Positions 41,020 to 59,846 of a DNA stretch of 64,000 bases are shown here, piece after piece. The notes under the pieces are model-generated. The model worked only from the letters and a program-made list of their open reading frames with translations, ran no database searches and was not told the origin of the DNA. The translations under genes were made by a program, and so were the position numbers. The DNA is taken from contig JBBPEB010000033.1 in the NCBI GenBank assembly GCA_039096225.1, forward strand, positions 1,116,001 to 1,180,000. The letters run 5' to 3'. Each line of letters starts with the position of its first letter. Within the stretch, counting starts at the first letter, position 1. Source of the DNA: Blastocystis sp. Blastoise (lineage: Eukaryota; Protista; Bigyra: Opalinata).

Positions 41020-42016
41020 ATGAAATATTTTTCACAACTTATAATCATCAGTGTTTTCATATTCTTAGCATCAGCTGTTTCTACAGTTAAAGTCGAAGTA
41101 TATATGGAAAGCAAATGCAATGCTTGTAGAAGATTTATAATTTATAAATTATCTGAGTTTTTGGCTCATCCTGACATAAAGAGTATGGTTGATCTTGAAA
41201 TAGTTCCTTTTGGAAATGGAAAGATTATTTCTGAGAATCCTGTTGATATTATTTGTCAACATGGAATTAGTGAATGTAGAGGAAATATCGTTTTACTCTG
41301 TGGTTTGAAGTATAATGAGGATAAAGGACTTGATTTCTTATTATGTATGGAGAAATATCATAGTGAAAATATGGCAAGTGATTCTATTAATCAATGTAGT
41401 GAGTTACTTCATTTAGATACTGCTGATTCTGTAATCGAATGTGCTAATGGTGCTGAAGGTCGTCAATTACATTTAGATGCTGGTAAGAAAACTCCTTCTC
41501 ATCGTTATGTCCCATGGATTGTTGTTGATGGTAAAAGTCTTGATGGTAAAATCAATGATTTTGATAAAATTATATGTCAAGCTTATCAGGGAGAGATGGG
41601 ACCTACTTGTCAATCTATATTACAGTATATATACTTATATCGAATATTATTTTAAGAAGAAACTTACCTATTTTTTTTTTAATAAAAATTTCTTTTTTTT
41701 TATTCTATATATCTATAATTATACTAATTTTCTTATTTATAGCAATCCAAGAAGACTTCGTGATATTTCTATTGAAAGTACTAATAATAGCACTATTTTA
41801 ATGAATAATATAACTAATAATGTTATAAATAATAATAATGCTGTTCATAATATAAATAATAATATGACTACTTCAGTAGAAGCTCAAAAAACTCTTGGTG
41901 AAGAATTAAAACATGTAGAATCTGAACGTGAACATGCTTTGAAATTACCTTTTACGTTTATTCATAAATTAGTTGATACTATAAAACAAATGAAAAATCA
42001 TATGAAAAAGAACTAA
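41020..42016 (+). CDS. GILT lysosomal thiol reductase, copy 1 (CNAC), 2 exons
   Basis: Signal peptide, YMESKCNAC, VPFGNG, CQHGISECRGN, YVPWIVVDG. Confidence 0.93.
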
Positions 42017-42476
42017 TTAATTTTTTTTAGAATAATTATATCTATTTATTGTATATATAAATCTTTTTTTAATTATTATTATCATTTCGTATTTACTGTT
42101 TTTTAAATATATATTTATTTATATATAAATTCTTTTTAAATGTTCATTTTCGTAAAATCTGTTTGTCAACTCTCTTTCAAAACTTTATAAGAATAGTCTT
42201 TATATCTTTTCTTCTAGAATATACTCATCCAAGTGACTTGTATCATTTAACTTTACATAGTTATTTAATTATACTATAAAGAATCTGTAAATTTATCTGT
42301 GGAGAACAAATGTCTACAAACGAATCATATTTTTAAAAAGCAGTTGCTGAACAATTTTATATGAAATGATTGGTCCCTCTTTAGTTCTTAATATTCCCAT
42401 GATTATTTTTTTCGTTTAATAAAGAAGATGATTTTCCAGAAATTATTATTTTATTTTTTATCTTTATTAAAACAAG

Positions 42477-43436
42477 ATGAAGTTTATTTCTTTATTATTC
42501 CTCATTACCCTTGCACTTGCTCAAAAAGTCAATGTCACTGCTAAAGTTGAAAGTTTATGTCCTGATACTATACGTTTCTTTACTAGAACTATGAATGAAA
42601 TAAGAAAACATCAAGATATTATGGATGTTATTGATTTTAATATCATTCCTTATGGAAAAGCTGTTACTATCAGTCGTAGTCCTCCTACTTTTACTTGTCA
42701 ACATGGAAATGCTGAATGTAATGGGAATATTATTCTTAATTGTGGTTTAAAGTATATTCCTAAGAATCAATTAGCTTTTACTATTTGTTTGGCTGAGCGT
42801 TTCTCTTATACTGAAGATGATGTTAGAGCTTGTGCTTCTGAAGCTGGTGCTACTGATGGAATGACTGAAAGTATTTTATCTTGTTCTAAAGGAATGGAAG
42901 GTCTTCAATTACATTTAGAAGCTGGTGATAAAACTGGATCTATTTTCTTTGTTCCTTTTATTACTGTAAACAATAAATTTATTGGTACTAATCCTAGTAG
43001 ATTACTTCCTACTATTTGTAAAGCTCTTCCTGAACCTGTTCCTGAAAGTTGTAAATCTGTTTTAGCTATTCCAGGTCTTTATAATGAAGATAAAAAATAT
43101 AGACATCCTAGAAAACATAATCTTGCTGCTAATGAACTTTTAACTCAAGAAGAAAGATCTGAATTAAAGAATCAATTAAAAGACTCTTTAAAATCTTTAA
43201 ATAGAAATTCTGCTCTTTCTCCTGATGAAAAACAACAGGAAAGAATAAATATTCGTAAATCGTATAGAGCACTTTTACTTCAAACTCTTGAAAAGAAATT
43301 AAGTACTCTTTCTCAAGATGATCCTAAGAAAGCTACTATAGAACAAACAATTAATAAGTTAAAAACTGTAGGATTTGAACGTCGTCAATATATTAATAGA
43401 AACTTTAATGCTGGACATAGAATTATTAGTGAATAA
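42477..43436 (+). CDS. GILT thiol reductase, copy 2 (CPDT), intronless, with helical C-terminal extension
   Basis: Signal peptide, ESLCPDT, IPYGKA, CQHGNAECNGN, FVPFITVN. Confidence 0.93.
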   Translation: MKFISLLFLITLALAQKVNVTAKVESLCPDTIRFFTRTMNEIRKHQDIMDVIDFNIIPYGKAVTISRSPPTFTCQHGNAECNGNIILNCGLKYIPKNQLAFTICLAERFSYTEDDVRACASEAGATDGMTESILSCSKGMEGLQLHLEAGDKTGSIFFVPFITVNNKFIGTNPSRLLPTICKALPEPVPESCKSVLAIPGLYNEDKKYRHPRKHNLAANELLTQEERSELKNQLKDSLKSLNRNSALSPDEKQQERINIRKSYRALLLQTLEKKLSTLSQDDPKKATIEQTINKLKTVGFERRQYINRNFNAGHRIISE

Positions 43437-44045
43437 TTCTATTGATTCTTTTATAGTCATGTATATACATACTATTCATTTTTGTATAGAATCTTTATTC
43501 TATTTGATCTATACAAATCCAAATTATAAATTATTATATATTTATATATAAAAATCTCCATTATTATTGTTTTATGACATTTCTCATTTGTTCTATTCAT
43601 TCGTTTTTATTATTATGGAACTAAATTCTATTCTTTTTGCTTTGTTTCATTTTTTTTTTTTTTGAACTCATCATCTAAATATAGTATTAAAAAAAGTTGA
43701 AAAAACAGAATAGTTACCAATGAATAAATGGCGATGAACACGAAAACCTTAAATAATTATTAACTAGAAAAAAAATAGAGTATTCGTATCCTAATAAAAT
43801 ACAGAAATGATGTACGTTGAAATAACATATGAAAAGCTCAAAATATAATAAAACAACTAAAAATACAAAAAAAAGAAACGAAAAACAATTAATTGTAATT
43901 CTAGATGCGTCACGAAAAGAGAAACAAATTCTTATAATTATCATAAGAATTCTAATGATGACTTTCCATTTTCTCTATTGTTTAAAAGAGATGTTGTTTT
44001 TCTTTATGTGTTTATAATAAATTTATTCTTTGTAGTTATTTGAAT

Positions 44046-44155
44046 ATGAAGTTCTTTGCTTTATTATTTATTGTTGCTATCGCTCTTGCTGATGTATGTA
44101 TTTATTTATGAATTCAAAGATCATTTACATTAATTTTTCTCTATTTTCCTTATCA

Positions 44156-44186
<31 letters not shown>

Positions 44187-44748
44187 GGTCAAGGTTGTTG
44201 CTAAGGTTGAAAGTAAGTGTCCTGATTGTATTAATTTCTGGACTGCTGGTGTTGGTGAATTCATGCAATATGAAGATCTTAAGGATACTATTGATATGAC
44301 TATTCTTGGTTATGGTAAGGCTATGACATTAACTCTTGATCCTCCTACTTTCTATTGTCAACATGGAGAACCTGAATGTTATGGTAATAAGGTTATTGAT
44401 TGTGGTGTTCAATATGTTTATGAAAAACAAATTGAATTCACTATGTGTTTATCTCAAAATCCTTCTTATAGTGATGAAGTTATTGGTAACTGTATTAATA
44501 AGATTGGTGCTGAAGAAGCTATGACTGAAAAGATTCTTACTTGTGCTAAGGGTGCTGAAGGTAATAAACTTCATATGGCTGCTGGTGAAGCTACTGGTAG
44601 TGTCAGTTATGTTCCTTATGTCACTATTAATGGTGAATTCCTTGGTTATAACAACAAAGATTTCACTTTAAAGGTTTGTCAAGCTATTGAAGGTCCTAAG
44701 CCTGCTAGTTGTGCTAAGGTTTTTGGCCAATCTCATCTTAGAAAGTAA
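44046..44748 (+). CDS. GILT thiol reductase, copy 3 (CPDC), 2 exons
   Basis: Signal-peptide exon MKFFALLFIVAIALAD, then KVKVVAKVESKCPDC, CQHGEPECYGN, YVPYVTING. Confidence 0.93.
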
Positions 44749-44981
44749 AAATAATGAAAATGATATTTTTTTTATATTGTTAATATATTCTATAATATAT
44801 TATTTATTTAAAAAGTATTTCTTTCATATATTTTTGAAAACTTGTTTTGTTATAAGTGAATTATTATTAGAAAAGAATTTATAAAAAAATAATAATGAAT
44901 AATGAAGAACAATACAAACTAATAATTAGATAACTTATTAAGTAATAAAAGAAATTAGACAAGTCAATAATAGAATAATAA

Positions 44982-47359
<2,378 letters not shown>

Positions 47360-47623
47360 GAAGAAAGAAATTTATTGACTTGAACAAAAGCACCTAATAA
47401 ACATGGATTTCTGTACTTTTTTATTATTTTTTTTAAATTCGTCGTAAGTTTTTGTTTAGTGAAACTACGAATCAATGAAAATTGCACTTGCTAGCAAACA
47501 GAAATTTCCTAGGAATTTCCTAGAAATACTGGTAAAGACTATTATAGAAAATTTGCTAGCAAATTTCTTTGTTTTTCTTTTCAGTTCGTAAAATATTTTC
47601 TTTTATTTATATGTAATGAATTC

Positions 47624-50214
47624 ATGAGTTCTAAGATTCATTGGCTTTCTGAAGGAAATCCTGAACTTCTACGGCTCACACAAATGCTACATAAAGTACA
47701 AAAAAACTTGATTTCTCAACCTAAGGAGTACTATTATTCTTTATTTTTTACTACTTTATCTAGATTATCAAGTTTCCTATCAGTGCTATCATCTGAGGAT
47801 ACTAGATGGACAGATCAAATTGCTTTTGAACATAATATTCCAAAAAAAGTATTATCATTTCTTGTAGATCTCTTTAAAACTCACTCAGAACATCAGAAAG
47901 AAATCTGCACAATCATTTTCTTCAGATATTTTCATAAATCATACATAAATGAAGATTCAAGTGTCATTCTTCTTATTATGTATATTCTTATTATTTCTAT
48001 TTTTTTTTTTAATATTTTATTAGGTCTATAAAATCTATGTTTGAAGTTATGAGTCCTGAAACCCTTAATTTCTATAAGAAACCATTTCTGAAATGTTTTC
48101 ATTCTTATATAAAGAGTCCTACTTGTTTATATAATTATCCTCATTTCCTAACACGAATATTATTCTTATATCAATATATCCCTGAGAATCAAGTAATAAA
48201 ATATATGATTCAAAAAGCATTCGAGCAATGCATTTATTTTGAATATACAGTGGTATTTATATAATTTTATATTATTATATTTATTTTGTATATATTGTTT
48301 TTTTATATATATATATTTTAATTATTATTATATTCATTTTTTATATATATTAAAATATATACTTTGTATAATATTTTTATAATATTTTTATATATTATTA
48401 ACTTTTTATATATTATTAACTTTTTATATATTATTATATATAAATATAAATTACTCATCTCTATATATGATTATCTATTATTTTATCTATAGAATACAAC
48501 ATATCAAGAATTATATTCACGGCTATTTCCATCTCTTCCTCTTCATACTATGCGAAAACCCATGTTTGTTTTCCCGCCAAAAGAATACACAATATGCCAA
48601 TGTAGTCATTGCTTACAAGATCGCTGTCATTTATGTTCCGGAACACTATCCTCTTCAATTCCTCCTTTAGTATTTCCTTCGTTATATTCAAATGCTTCTC
48701 TTTCTTCTTCTATCTCTACTATATCTAGAGTATCTATATGTCAATTATATTCTACTTTCTCTATTTATATTCATCTTCTTCATAATATTATTGTTGAATT
48801 CTCAAATTGGTACTCAAATCAATCTCTTCAAATCTCGTTCAACCAATTAGAATGCTTATGCACAACATTAATCTCCACTCTAAAAACAGTATTCAACCAA
48901 CCATTAAAGAATCAGAATATATTCCTATATCTGGATGTATATTTACAATCTCTATTTGAATCGAATTTATATATACCTAATTCTATTCCTACTGATCAAG
49001 AACTTTATTCTATATTATTCCAACCTATCTCTTATTCTTATTCTCAATATATATTAAATAATAAACAAATAACTCCGCCAATAACTGCTTTCTCTATTCT
49101 ATTACTCACATTAGGAAATTCCTCTAAAGAATTTATTATACAATGTATTGAAATATTATGGAATTCGTCGAATGTATATATATATAAATTATTATTATTA
49201 TGATTAATAGTATTATAGTTATACTTTTATCAATTTGTATATATTGTTATATTCATTATTTTGTTATTTATATTCTTTTATCAATTTATATATATTGTTG
49301 AATCCATTATTTTGCTATTTATATTCTTTTATCAATTTATATATATTGTTGAATCCACTATTTTGTTATTTATATATTTTTCTTGTTAACATTATAATTT
49401 TACATTTTATTGATTATGTTATTTTTAAATATCGTATCTATTATTATATTTTAGTCTTTTACATATATTCATTATTCATTTATCTATATAGAATAATCCA
49501 TATAATTTATATTCATTATCGTTAGTTCTCTCTCATTCTCCTAAATTAACATCTTCTGATCTTTCTTTTATACTTACTTCTATATATGAAGATATACAAC
49601 ATCAACATATACACTATTCACCATCTTCTCTTCTATATATATTCATTCATTTATTATATGTAAGAGGATATAAACAAATATTTAATTTCACTTCTAAAAG
49701 TATTACATTATTTATGAATCTATTCAGTTATTTTCAGTCACTTCCAGTTGCTGTGTGGTCATCTCTTTCTTCCTCACTTCGATATTATACATATATACAA
49801 TTATATGATACACTCTCTCCTTCAGTATCTCTATTTCCTTCTCTTCATTTCTGCTGTATACGGTGGTGTGTACATTTATGTCGTCAATGCATTCAACAAT
49901 CACCTCTTCTCTCTTGTTCTTTATGTGCCAATAAATTTAATAATAATGGTAATGATAATGATAATAATGGTAATAATAATGGTAATAATAATGGTAATAA
50001 TAGTGTTAATAATAATAATATAGAACCCTCTTCAAATAATAATAATATATTTTCTTCTTTTTCTTCTTTATATTATATACATCCTCCGTCATCTTATACT
50101 CCTTCTAAACCAAAAAAGATACTTAAGTTTTCAGATATAACACCAGATATTATGAAACAAAAAGTATATAATAATCAACCATTAACAGGTCAATATACTA
50201 TTCCTTCTTCTAGT

Positions 50215-50301
<87 letters not shown>

Positions 50302-50583
50302 CTTGTTTCTCCACGATCTACTATATCAGCATGTTCATCTGATCTCAGCCAGATTCAGAATAATTCAGATAACTCTATAAATGATAATAACACGAATGAA
50401 TGTTTAAATAAGAATAAGAATACAATAAATAGGACATTAGACCATTGCTCATGGACTCCTCAAGAAGGATCTCATCGTTGTTTATGTGGAGAAGATCATA
50501 CATGTGATATACAAATATATTTAGATCTATATAATCAGAGAGAACAAAGAAAGGATATAGATAAAGATTATGGTATAGAGTCT

Positions 50584-50659
<76 letters not shown>

Positions 50660-51246
50660 CTATATCTCCTTCTCTGTCTATAAAGCGATCTATGGTTTCA
50701 CTTACTCCATCGAAGTATAAAACAAAAGATATTCAAGATTTATTATGTTTGTGTCAATATGGGCATTTTTTTGATTCTTATAATTATGATGAGAATTCAG
50801 ATATTGATAATAATAGTAATTCAGAAGAATCTGATGATGATAATTCATTTATATTAACGAAAGAAAAAGCAGATCTTATAAAACAAAAAGAATATCAAAA
50901 AAGACTTGCGATTCAGTCTCTATCTAAGGATATTATTATACATATATCTACTTTTCTAGATCCACAATCATTTGCAAGAAGTTTATCTGTGTCTCAAACG
51001 TGGAATACTATTCTCGATCGACCATTCCTATGGAAACAACTTTATATTCTTTATAAACATCCTATATGTCTTCATAATAATGATTATAAACATGATTATA
51101 AATCATTATTTATTAGCTTTTATAAAGGTATAATGAAACGGAAAAAACATTATGTATCTTGTCAATTTTGTGGATGTAAGTATCTAACGAGCACAAAAGA
51201 AAAATTAGCGTCACATTATCAACAAAAACATTCAAATTATTATTGA
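47624..51246 (+). CDS. Large protein with C-terminal F-box and C2H2 finger, poly-Asn tracts, 4 exons
   Basis: LSKDIIIHISTFLDPQSFARSLSVSQTWNTILDRPFLWKQLY (F-box); CQFC...HYQQKH; exons joined in frame by GT-AG introns. Confidence 0.75.
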
Positions 51247-51757
51247 TTTTTTATTTTGTTTTTAATTTTTGTTTTTCTTTTGATACTATTTGAATAGCAG
51301 ACACTAGTGATTGTATGTTTGATAATATTCATTTTATTTTTCTTATTATTTAATCATTACTTTTCAATTTTTAGGGGATATCTGTATATTTTGAATTTTG
51401 TTTTGTTTTGTTAAGCAATCTTGTTTTTAAATACATGTGAAACCACTTACATAGCATCATGTTAATCAACATATTTTTTAAAATGACATTCTTTTGACTA
51501 TTATTTTTGTGTAGTGATCATAACTGAACTTTTTAAATATAAATGAAAGAGGAAAATGTATAATATGAAAACATTTTGTATTCATTGCTCATTGTTGTTC
51601 TTATATATGCTATATAATCTGCTTATTATGGCTAGAATTCATACTAGCTTACAAATGAAATAATTATATTAATTATAATAAAATATAAAAACTTTGTCAT
51701 AAAAAAATAGTAAAAGAAACACTTTTCTTTTGGTCATTTTTCTTTTTTCTATCCTAA

Positions 51758-53389
<1,632 letters not shown>

Positions 53390-53635
53390 TACATATAGTT
53401 CTTTTATTTAATTGTATTATTTAAATGTAATTATAATATTGTTATTTATAATTCATGTTTCTTTTGTTGAGTAGATTATAAATATTTGTTTTTATATTTA
53501 TATAACCAGTTAATAGTATATATACATATATTATCATCATTATTTAAAAGTTAAAAAAGAAGAGAAAAGAGAAGAATTATAGTATAGGATAATAAAAAAA
53601 GAAATAAATGTATATATCTATATAATCAAAAGACT

Positions 53636-54540
53636 TTATTCATCTTTATTATAACATTTACATTCCAACATATTCTCATTATATAAATAATTGTAATATA
53701 TATCTATATTTCTCATTGAAACAGGTAGAAACCATCGCCAAGAAAAAGGTTCACAACAAATTATTTCTAATCCCTCAAATAATGTATACTATATATATAT
53801 ATATATATGCTTATTCTGTGTATATACTTTATGACTATTGTATTCTTCTAGTTTTAATCGTTCGATAAGACTATATCCAGAACAAATATTTTTGTACTAT
53901 ATATATATATATATATTGCTTATGAACTCAAGATAATATTAAATGAATTATGTACAGAATAATATATATATATATATATACTTGATCAAGAATCATTCGT
54001 GCAATTGAAAGAGCGAATCCACAAGAAATAGTATTACAGAGAATATGATGAATAAATAATATATAGTCAAAGAATGTAGTATGAGGTAACATGGTAAGTG
54101 TACACAGAGGAGAAGAAGGAGAACAGAGAGCAGATACACTCTAGAATAGATTATAGGATATAGGATAGAATAGAGTATAGAATAGAATATAGGATATAGA
54201 ATATAGAATAAAATATAGAATATAGAATAGAATAAAAAATAGAATTAAAATATAGAATAATAGGAATATAATTGATAAAATGACATTAAAGCTAGTCCTC
54301 TATGAATTAAATATATATATATATACTGGATCATTATGAATGAAGTGCGTAATAAGGATGGAAAAGTAATATATAAATGAATAACAACACATAAGAAATG
54401 CATAGATTAAAAATAATAAGAAATATTTTTGATTCTTTATACCAACACAATTATTCACCCAACTATAATAAATACACTTATATATACAATATTTAATCCA
54501 AAACATATAATAATAATAATAATAAAAATAATAAAAATAA

Positions 54541-54631
<91 letters not shown>

Positions 54632-55179
54632 CGGGCAATGATGGTCCATTTTCAAGATACAAATATTACATACTTTGCAGTGATGCACTCGAGAGGGTTT
54701 CAGACTTCTACATATTCTATATAATAATATATATATAAAAAATAATAAAAATAATAATAAATATAAACATATAATATACTGACAAACATTATCCTTTTCT
54801 TGATCTATTTCTTCTGTATTTATCTTTATTATTTTTATATATATATTTTGAAATAAATATTAAAAAAAAAATACAGTTTGATAATCTTTGCAGGTACCAG
54901 GGTTGGTCAAACAAGTTTTACAACTGGACCACATAATAACAGCCATAAATAAACTATGAACAATTGAATAAACCATAGTTTTCAAGGAGAAACCATAGAA
55001 TGGAATATAAAAATATGTTATTTGACAGAAAGACACGTTGACCATATGGATCAATGACTATATGTGTTGAATTACTTATAGAGTTTCAAAATAGATGAAA
55101 ATACAAATATCCATTGATAAGGAGGAACTTTATGATTGTAATTAAACCAAATACCATTTTCATGTTGTGGAGTTTTCAT
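53636..55179 (-). CDS. DHHC palmitoyltransferase, copy 1, 7 exons
   Basis: [49 protein letters not shown]. Confidence 0.92.
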
Positions 55180-55605
55180 TTGAGTATTCAATTCAATAGA
55201 ATAAAAACATATTTACAAACTAATATCAGAACATAAAGGATTATTAGTAAAGCTGTTTTGAAGATTTTAGTAATTAAACGATTCTCAAATTAAAAACTTT
55301 GTTTCATTTTACTAAAATGAAAAATCTATTTAGTACATTTTTATAATCATTTTTTTTAAATGAATATTAATATTTTTGGGTGTTATGATGAATTAAACAT
55401 AGTATAGATGAAAAGTTTTCGTTGCATATGTGGTGTAGAATAAAATATGAATGAAAAAAGCAACAACAAAAAAGAAATCTGACACAAAGAAAATGTGAAT
55501 AAAATGAAAAGTAATGAAGATTACTAATAATAAGAGAAATGAGAAAAGAAAAGAAAAAGAAAACCAAAATAAAATAATATTCAAGGACAGTTTGAAGAAA
55601 AGCTG

Positions 55606-56014
55606 TTACTCATTCTTCTTTGAATGAAGATCTTTAAGACATTGATTTGTGTTATATTCTTGATAGAAACGTTCCTTATCTTTCTCATAATCATAAGGTG
55701 TAGCGTTTTCATCTTTAGTGGCAAATTGACTAGGATCATCATTATCAGAATCGTCACTTTCATTAAAGATCATATCTAATTCTGAAGGAATAGAAGGAAG
55801 TGGGAATTCTTGAGATAAAGAAAGTGTTGTATCATATAAATATTTTCCAGGAAGAGGGAAAAACCATTTCCAATTAAACGACTCTTGGAACGCAGTTTTG
55901 AAACATTCGTAAGTCGATTTCTAAAAATGTAATATATATATATGTAGAATAATGACAATGATATATATATAGAAATGAATATAGAATATAGTAATAATAT
56001 ATATAATAATCTAT

Positions 56015-56049
<35 letters not shown>

Positions 56050-57306
56050 GACTCAATATAGAATAATATCATATATATATATATACTGGTTTTTCTAATG
56101 TTGATTCTTCTTTTATTTGTTCAATGAATGTGGCGTCAAAACGTAAACTACGCATCTATATATATATATATATATTGAAAAAGAATAAAGTAATAAAAAT
56201 AACAAAAAAGAAATAATAATAATAAATAAAAAAAAAAAAAAAACAAATAATAAATAAGAATAAAAATATATAAATAAATAAAAAAAAAAATAAATAAATA
56301 AATAAACATCTACTTGATCAGAATACATCATTGTAACAAAAACTGCGAATAAACAGGATAATATTGATTCTATACATAATAGTATAATATGTATATAAGG
56401 TTCAGTAGTTCGTAATATATATATAGGATAACGTCTCCATTGGAGGGAAAAAGGAGAAAAATGGAGGGAAGGATATACAAAAGGAAGAATTCGATAGAAA
56501 AACATATTACTCTATATATATAATATTTATTTATAGAAAATAATAGAATTATAATATGGAATATATACTTTCTTTAGAGTGATATACCATTTATATATAG
56601 TAAAAATACCACATATAGCAGCATAAGTTTCTCCGATAAATACATATATTAAAAATTGAATAAAATACTTTTGATTACTTACACCAACACAATTATTTAC
56701 CCAACTATATATATATATAGAATATTTTATATTCGACAATTTAAAAAAAGATAACATAGATAAAATAGACTAATTATAAGTAAATAAGTTATATACGGAC
56801 AGTGATGGTCCATCTTTAAGATACACGTGCCACATTTACTACAATGATGAGCTCTTCTTGGTTTACGAATACTACATTTTCTATATATATATGAATTAAT
56901 AATAATTATTATTAAGAAAATTAATTTATAAATAATGAATAAAAGAAAAACATGTCTATATACTTGCAAACGCTTATTCCATTTTGAATTAACTTCTTTT
57001 GTTCTTTTTTATTAACGAATTTTGGAGAAAGTACTGTTCCTGGATTCGTTAGTGCACAAACCAGATCACAGTTAAGTGCAGATAATGCAATAAACATGAA
57101 CAATGACATTTCAACGATGCCTCGAATTGAATACCCATATTGTGGTATCAGTACATAGTTCATTTGACACCACATAACATTAAAAATTTGTGCAATTCCC
57201 TAGAATATAGTATATATGGAGTTATAAAAATGCTTACAAACAACCAAGACGATAGTCCATGGAAATCGTTCCATGTACACCAAATATTATTGTAACAATA
57301 AGGCAT
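55606..57306 (-). CDS. DHHC palmitoyltransferase, copy 2, 6-7 exons
   Basis: [49 protein letters not shown]; intron positions shared with copy 1. Confidence 0.92.
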
Positions 57307-57992
57307 TATTGTTCAATATACTCAAAAATAAAAAACTAATGAAAACTGTTGAAAATAACTGAAAACATCTTGTTTTTTAGTTCATCAAAAATGTTTTTCT
57401 TTAAAATACTTATTTTTTATAAGAATATTTAAAAATACTCTTATATATATATAACAAAACACAAGTCAATAATAACAAAAAGTGGATATAAATCACAGCA
57501 TAGTTCTTTTTCTTAAAGAAAAAAAAGTAAAGAAAAAGAAAAAGAAACAAGTTGACTAAGACTAAAGAAGACAAATTAGAGTACATAAAATGTTAAAAAA
57601 AATAAATAAATATTATTAGAGTAAGATAATAATAAATATATATGTAGATCATAAAAAAAATGGTAAATAATTAAATAAATAAATATAAAAATAAAAAAAC
57701 TTTAAAAAAATGTACTATTCTTTCCGATTTAATAAAGATGAATATTATTATAAAGAAAAGAAAGAATAGTATAAATAAAATACATAAAATAATGAATGAT
57801 TGTCGTTATTTTTATAAATAACACGCAAGAAAATAAGAATAAAAAGATGAAATAATAAATAAATAGAGAAATGAAAAAAAAAATGATGATAAAACTTAGT
57901 TCAAGATAACTAAAGAATAAACGTCAATAATAGAATAGAACGAAAAGTATAGTATAGATATTATCAATCATAAATATAAAGAATATATTCAT

Positions 57993-58290
57993 TTACTTTT
58001 CTTTCATAAATTGATTGCATACTTGAGAAAGTATATCAATTTTTGATTGAGCCGAATCTATATATAGATATATAGTATTCACAGTAGTCTTTTATTTATA
58101 AAATAATAATAATAATGATAAATAAAAAATAATAAAAAAAAATAATAAATAAAATAATAATAATAAATAAAATAATAACTATATATACCTTTAGAATCAT
58201 GAGAGGCATTATCTTCTTTTTTAACGACGACAACTTCTTTATTTTTAGTATCGTTTGTATTATTATTAGTAGTAGAACTAGTAGCAGCAC

Positions 58291-58321
<31 letters not shown>

Positions 58322-59846
58322 TTTGTTGGAAGTTTGAGTTACTTTTTCATAAAGTGCCATCATTTTCTCCATAGCTTCGGAGTTATTTTTATGAATCGAT
58401 TCTTGTTTATAAGTATTGGTATTATTTATATTCATATCAGAGCTATATATAGAGTTATAAAGAGCAGGATTCATGATCGTCTCATAGGGATGATTTTCTG
58501 TATGTATTCTTTGATTCGCATAAGGAGAAACGGGAATCGTATTTGGATACATAGAATTAATAGTATATTGAGGATAAGGAGGACAATTAGAATTCATTAT
58601 ATATGGCATTCCTTGTATTTGTTGAGTAGTAGTAGCAGTAGGTACAGTAGTAGTAGATACAGTAGGAGCAGGAGTATGAATAGCAGTAGTAGTAGCAGCA
58701 GCAGGTATAGAAGAAGAAGCAGGAGGAGTAGCAGTAGTAGTAGTAGCATGTATAGGGATATATCCTTGAGGAGTTAACATAGCAGGATAAGTACCATTGG
58801 TATTACTCATAGAAACATAATCATAGCCACCCTTATTACTCATAGCACCAAATTGATAACCCTATATATAGGTATTTAATCTATTTAGTATTTAACTATT
58901 TTTCTTTTTGGTTATAAGATTATTATTAAAGAATTTATTAAAATAAATAATAAATAAAAAATGAAAAAAAAAATAAAAAATAAAAAATGAAAAAAAAAAT
59001 AAAATAAAATACATACTTGCATAACATCAAAAGTTTGTTGAGATTTATCTGTAGGATATACATTATAAGGTGTATAATATAAAGGAGTAGGTTGTTCACT
59101 AGTACGTTTAATTTGAGAAGCAGGTGGAATCGTTTTATTTATATCATAAGAATATAATTGTTTATATTGAGACCCATTATAAGCAGGCATAACAGGTGTA
59201 TAATAATTATTAGGAATTGGTTGAATCATTTGATTCTCCATTACATTCATATTTGACATCATCTAAAGGAATATACAATATAATTTAGAAAAAAAAATGA
59301 AAAAAAAAAAAAAAATTATATAAATACAGTTCTGTTACTTGGAGGAATTAATTTATTAATACTCTTTTGGAAACGTCTCTATATATATACATATAATATG
59401 ATTGAATTTATAAAGCAAAAATAATTTCATACATTCATAGTCTTGGCTTTTCGAATAAGAGAATTAGCACGATTTTTCACTTCATTCTCAGAACGTCCAC
59501 TAAGTTTTTCGGCAATCTTTGTCCATTGATTACCCATCTTACGCTGATATTCACGTAATAATTCATCTTCTTCTTCAGTCCAAGGTAAGTGCGTAATTGC
59601 AGGATTTAAATGATTATACCATCTTTCTCTACATTGCTTTCCACTACGTCCTGGAATGGATTTAGCAATTGAGCTCCACTGAGTAGAACCTTTTTTGGAT
59701 ACTAAAATGCAAAGAGCTTGATCCTCTTCGTCTGTCCACTTATGCATGACCTTTCTTTTCTTTTCAAAAAGAGGACCAGGACTTTCGACAAACATGTTTT
59801 GATCCTTTTCAAGGGTATCAGCTTTTACGTATTTTTCTGCGTTCAT
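57993..59846 (-). CDS. R2R3 Myb transcription factor, 5 exons
   Basis: KWTDEED...W...GRSGKQCRERWYNHLNP...PWTEEED...GNQWTKIA...GRSENEVKNR; low-complexity C-terminus. Confidence 0.93.
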
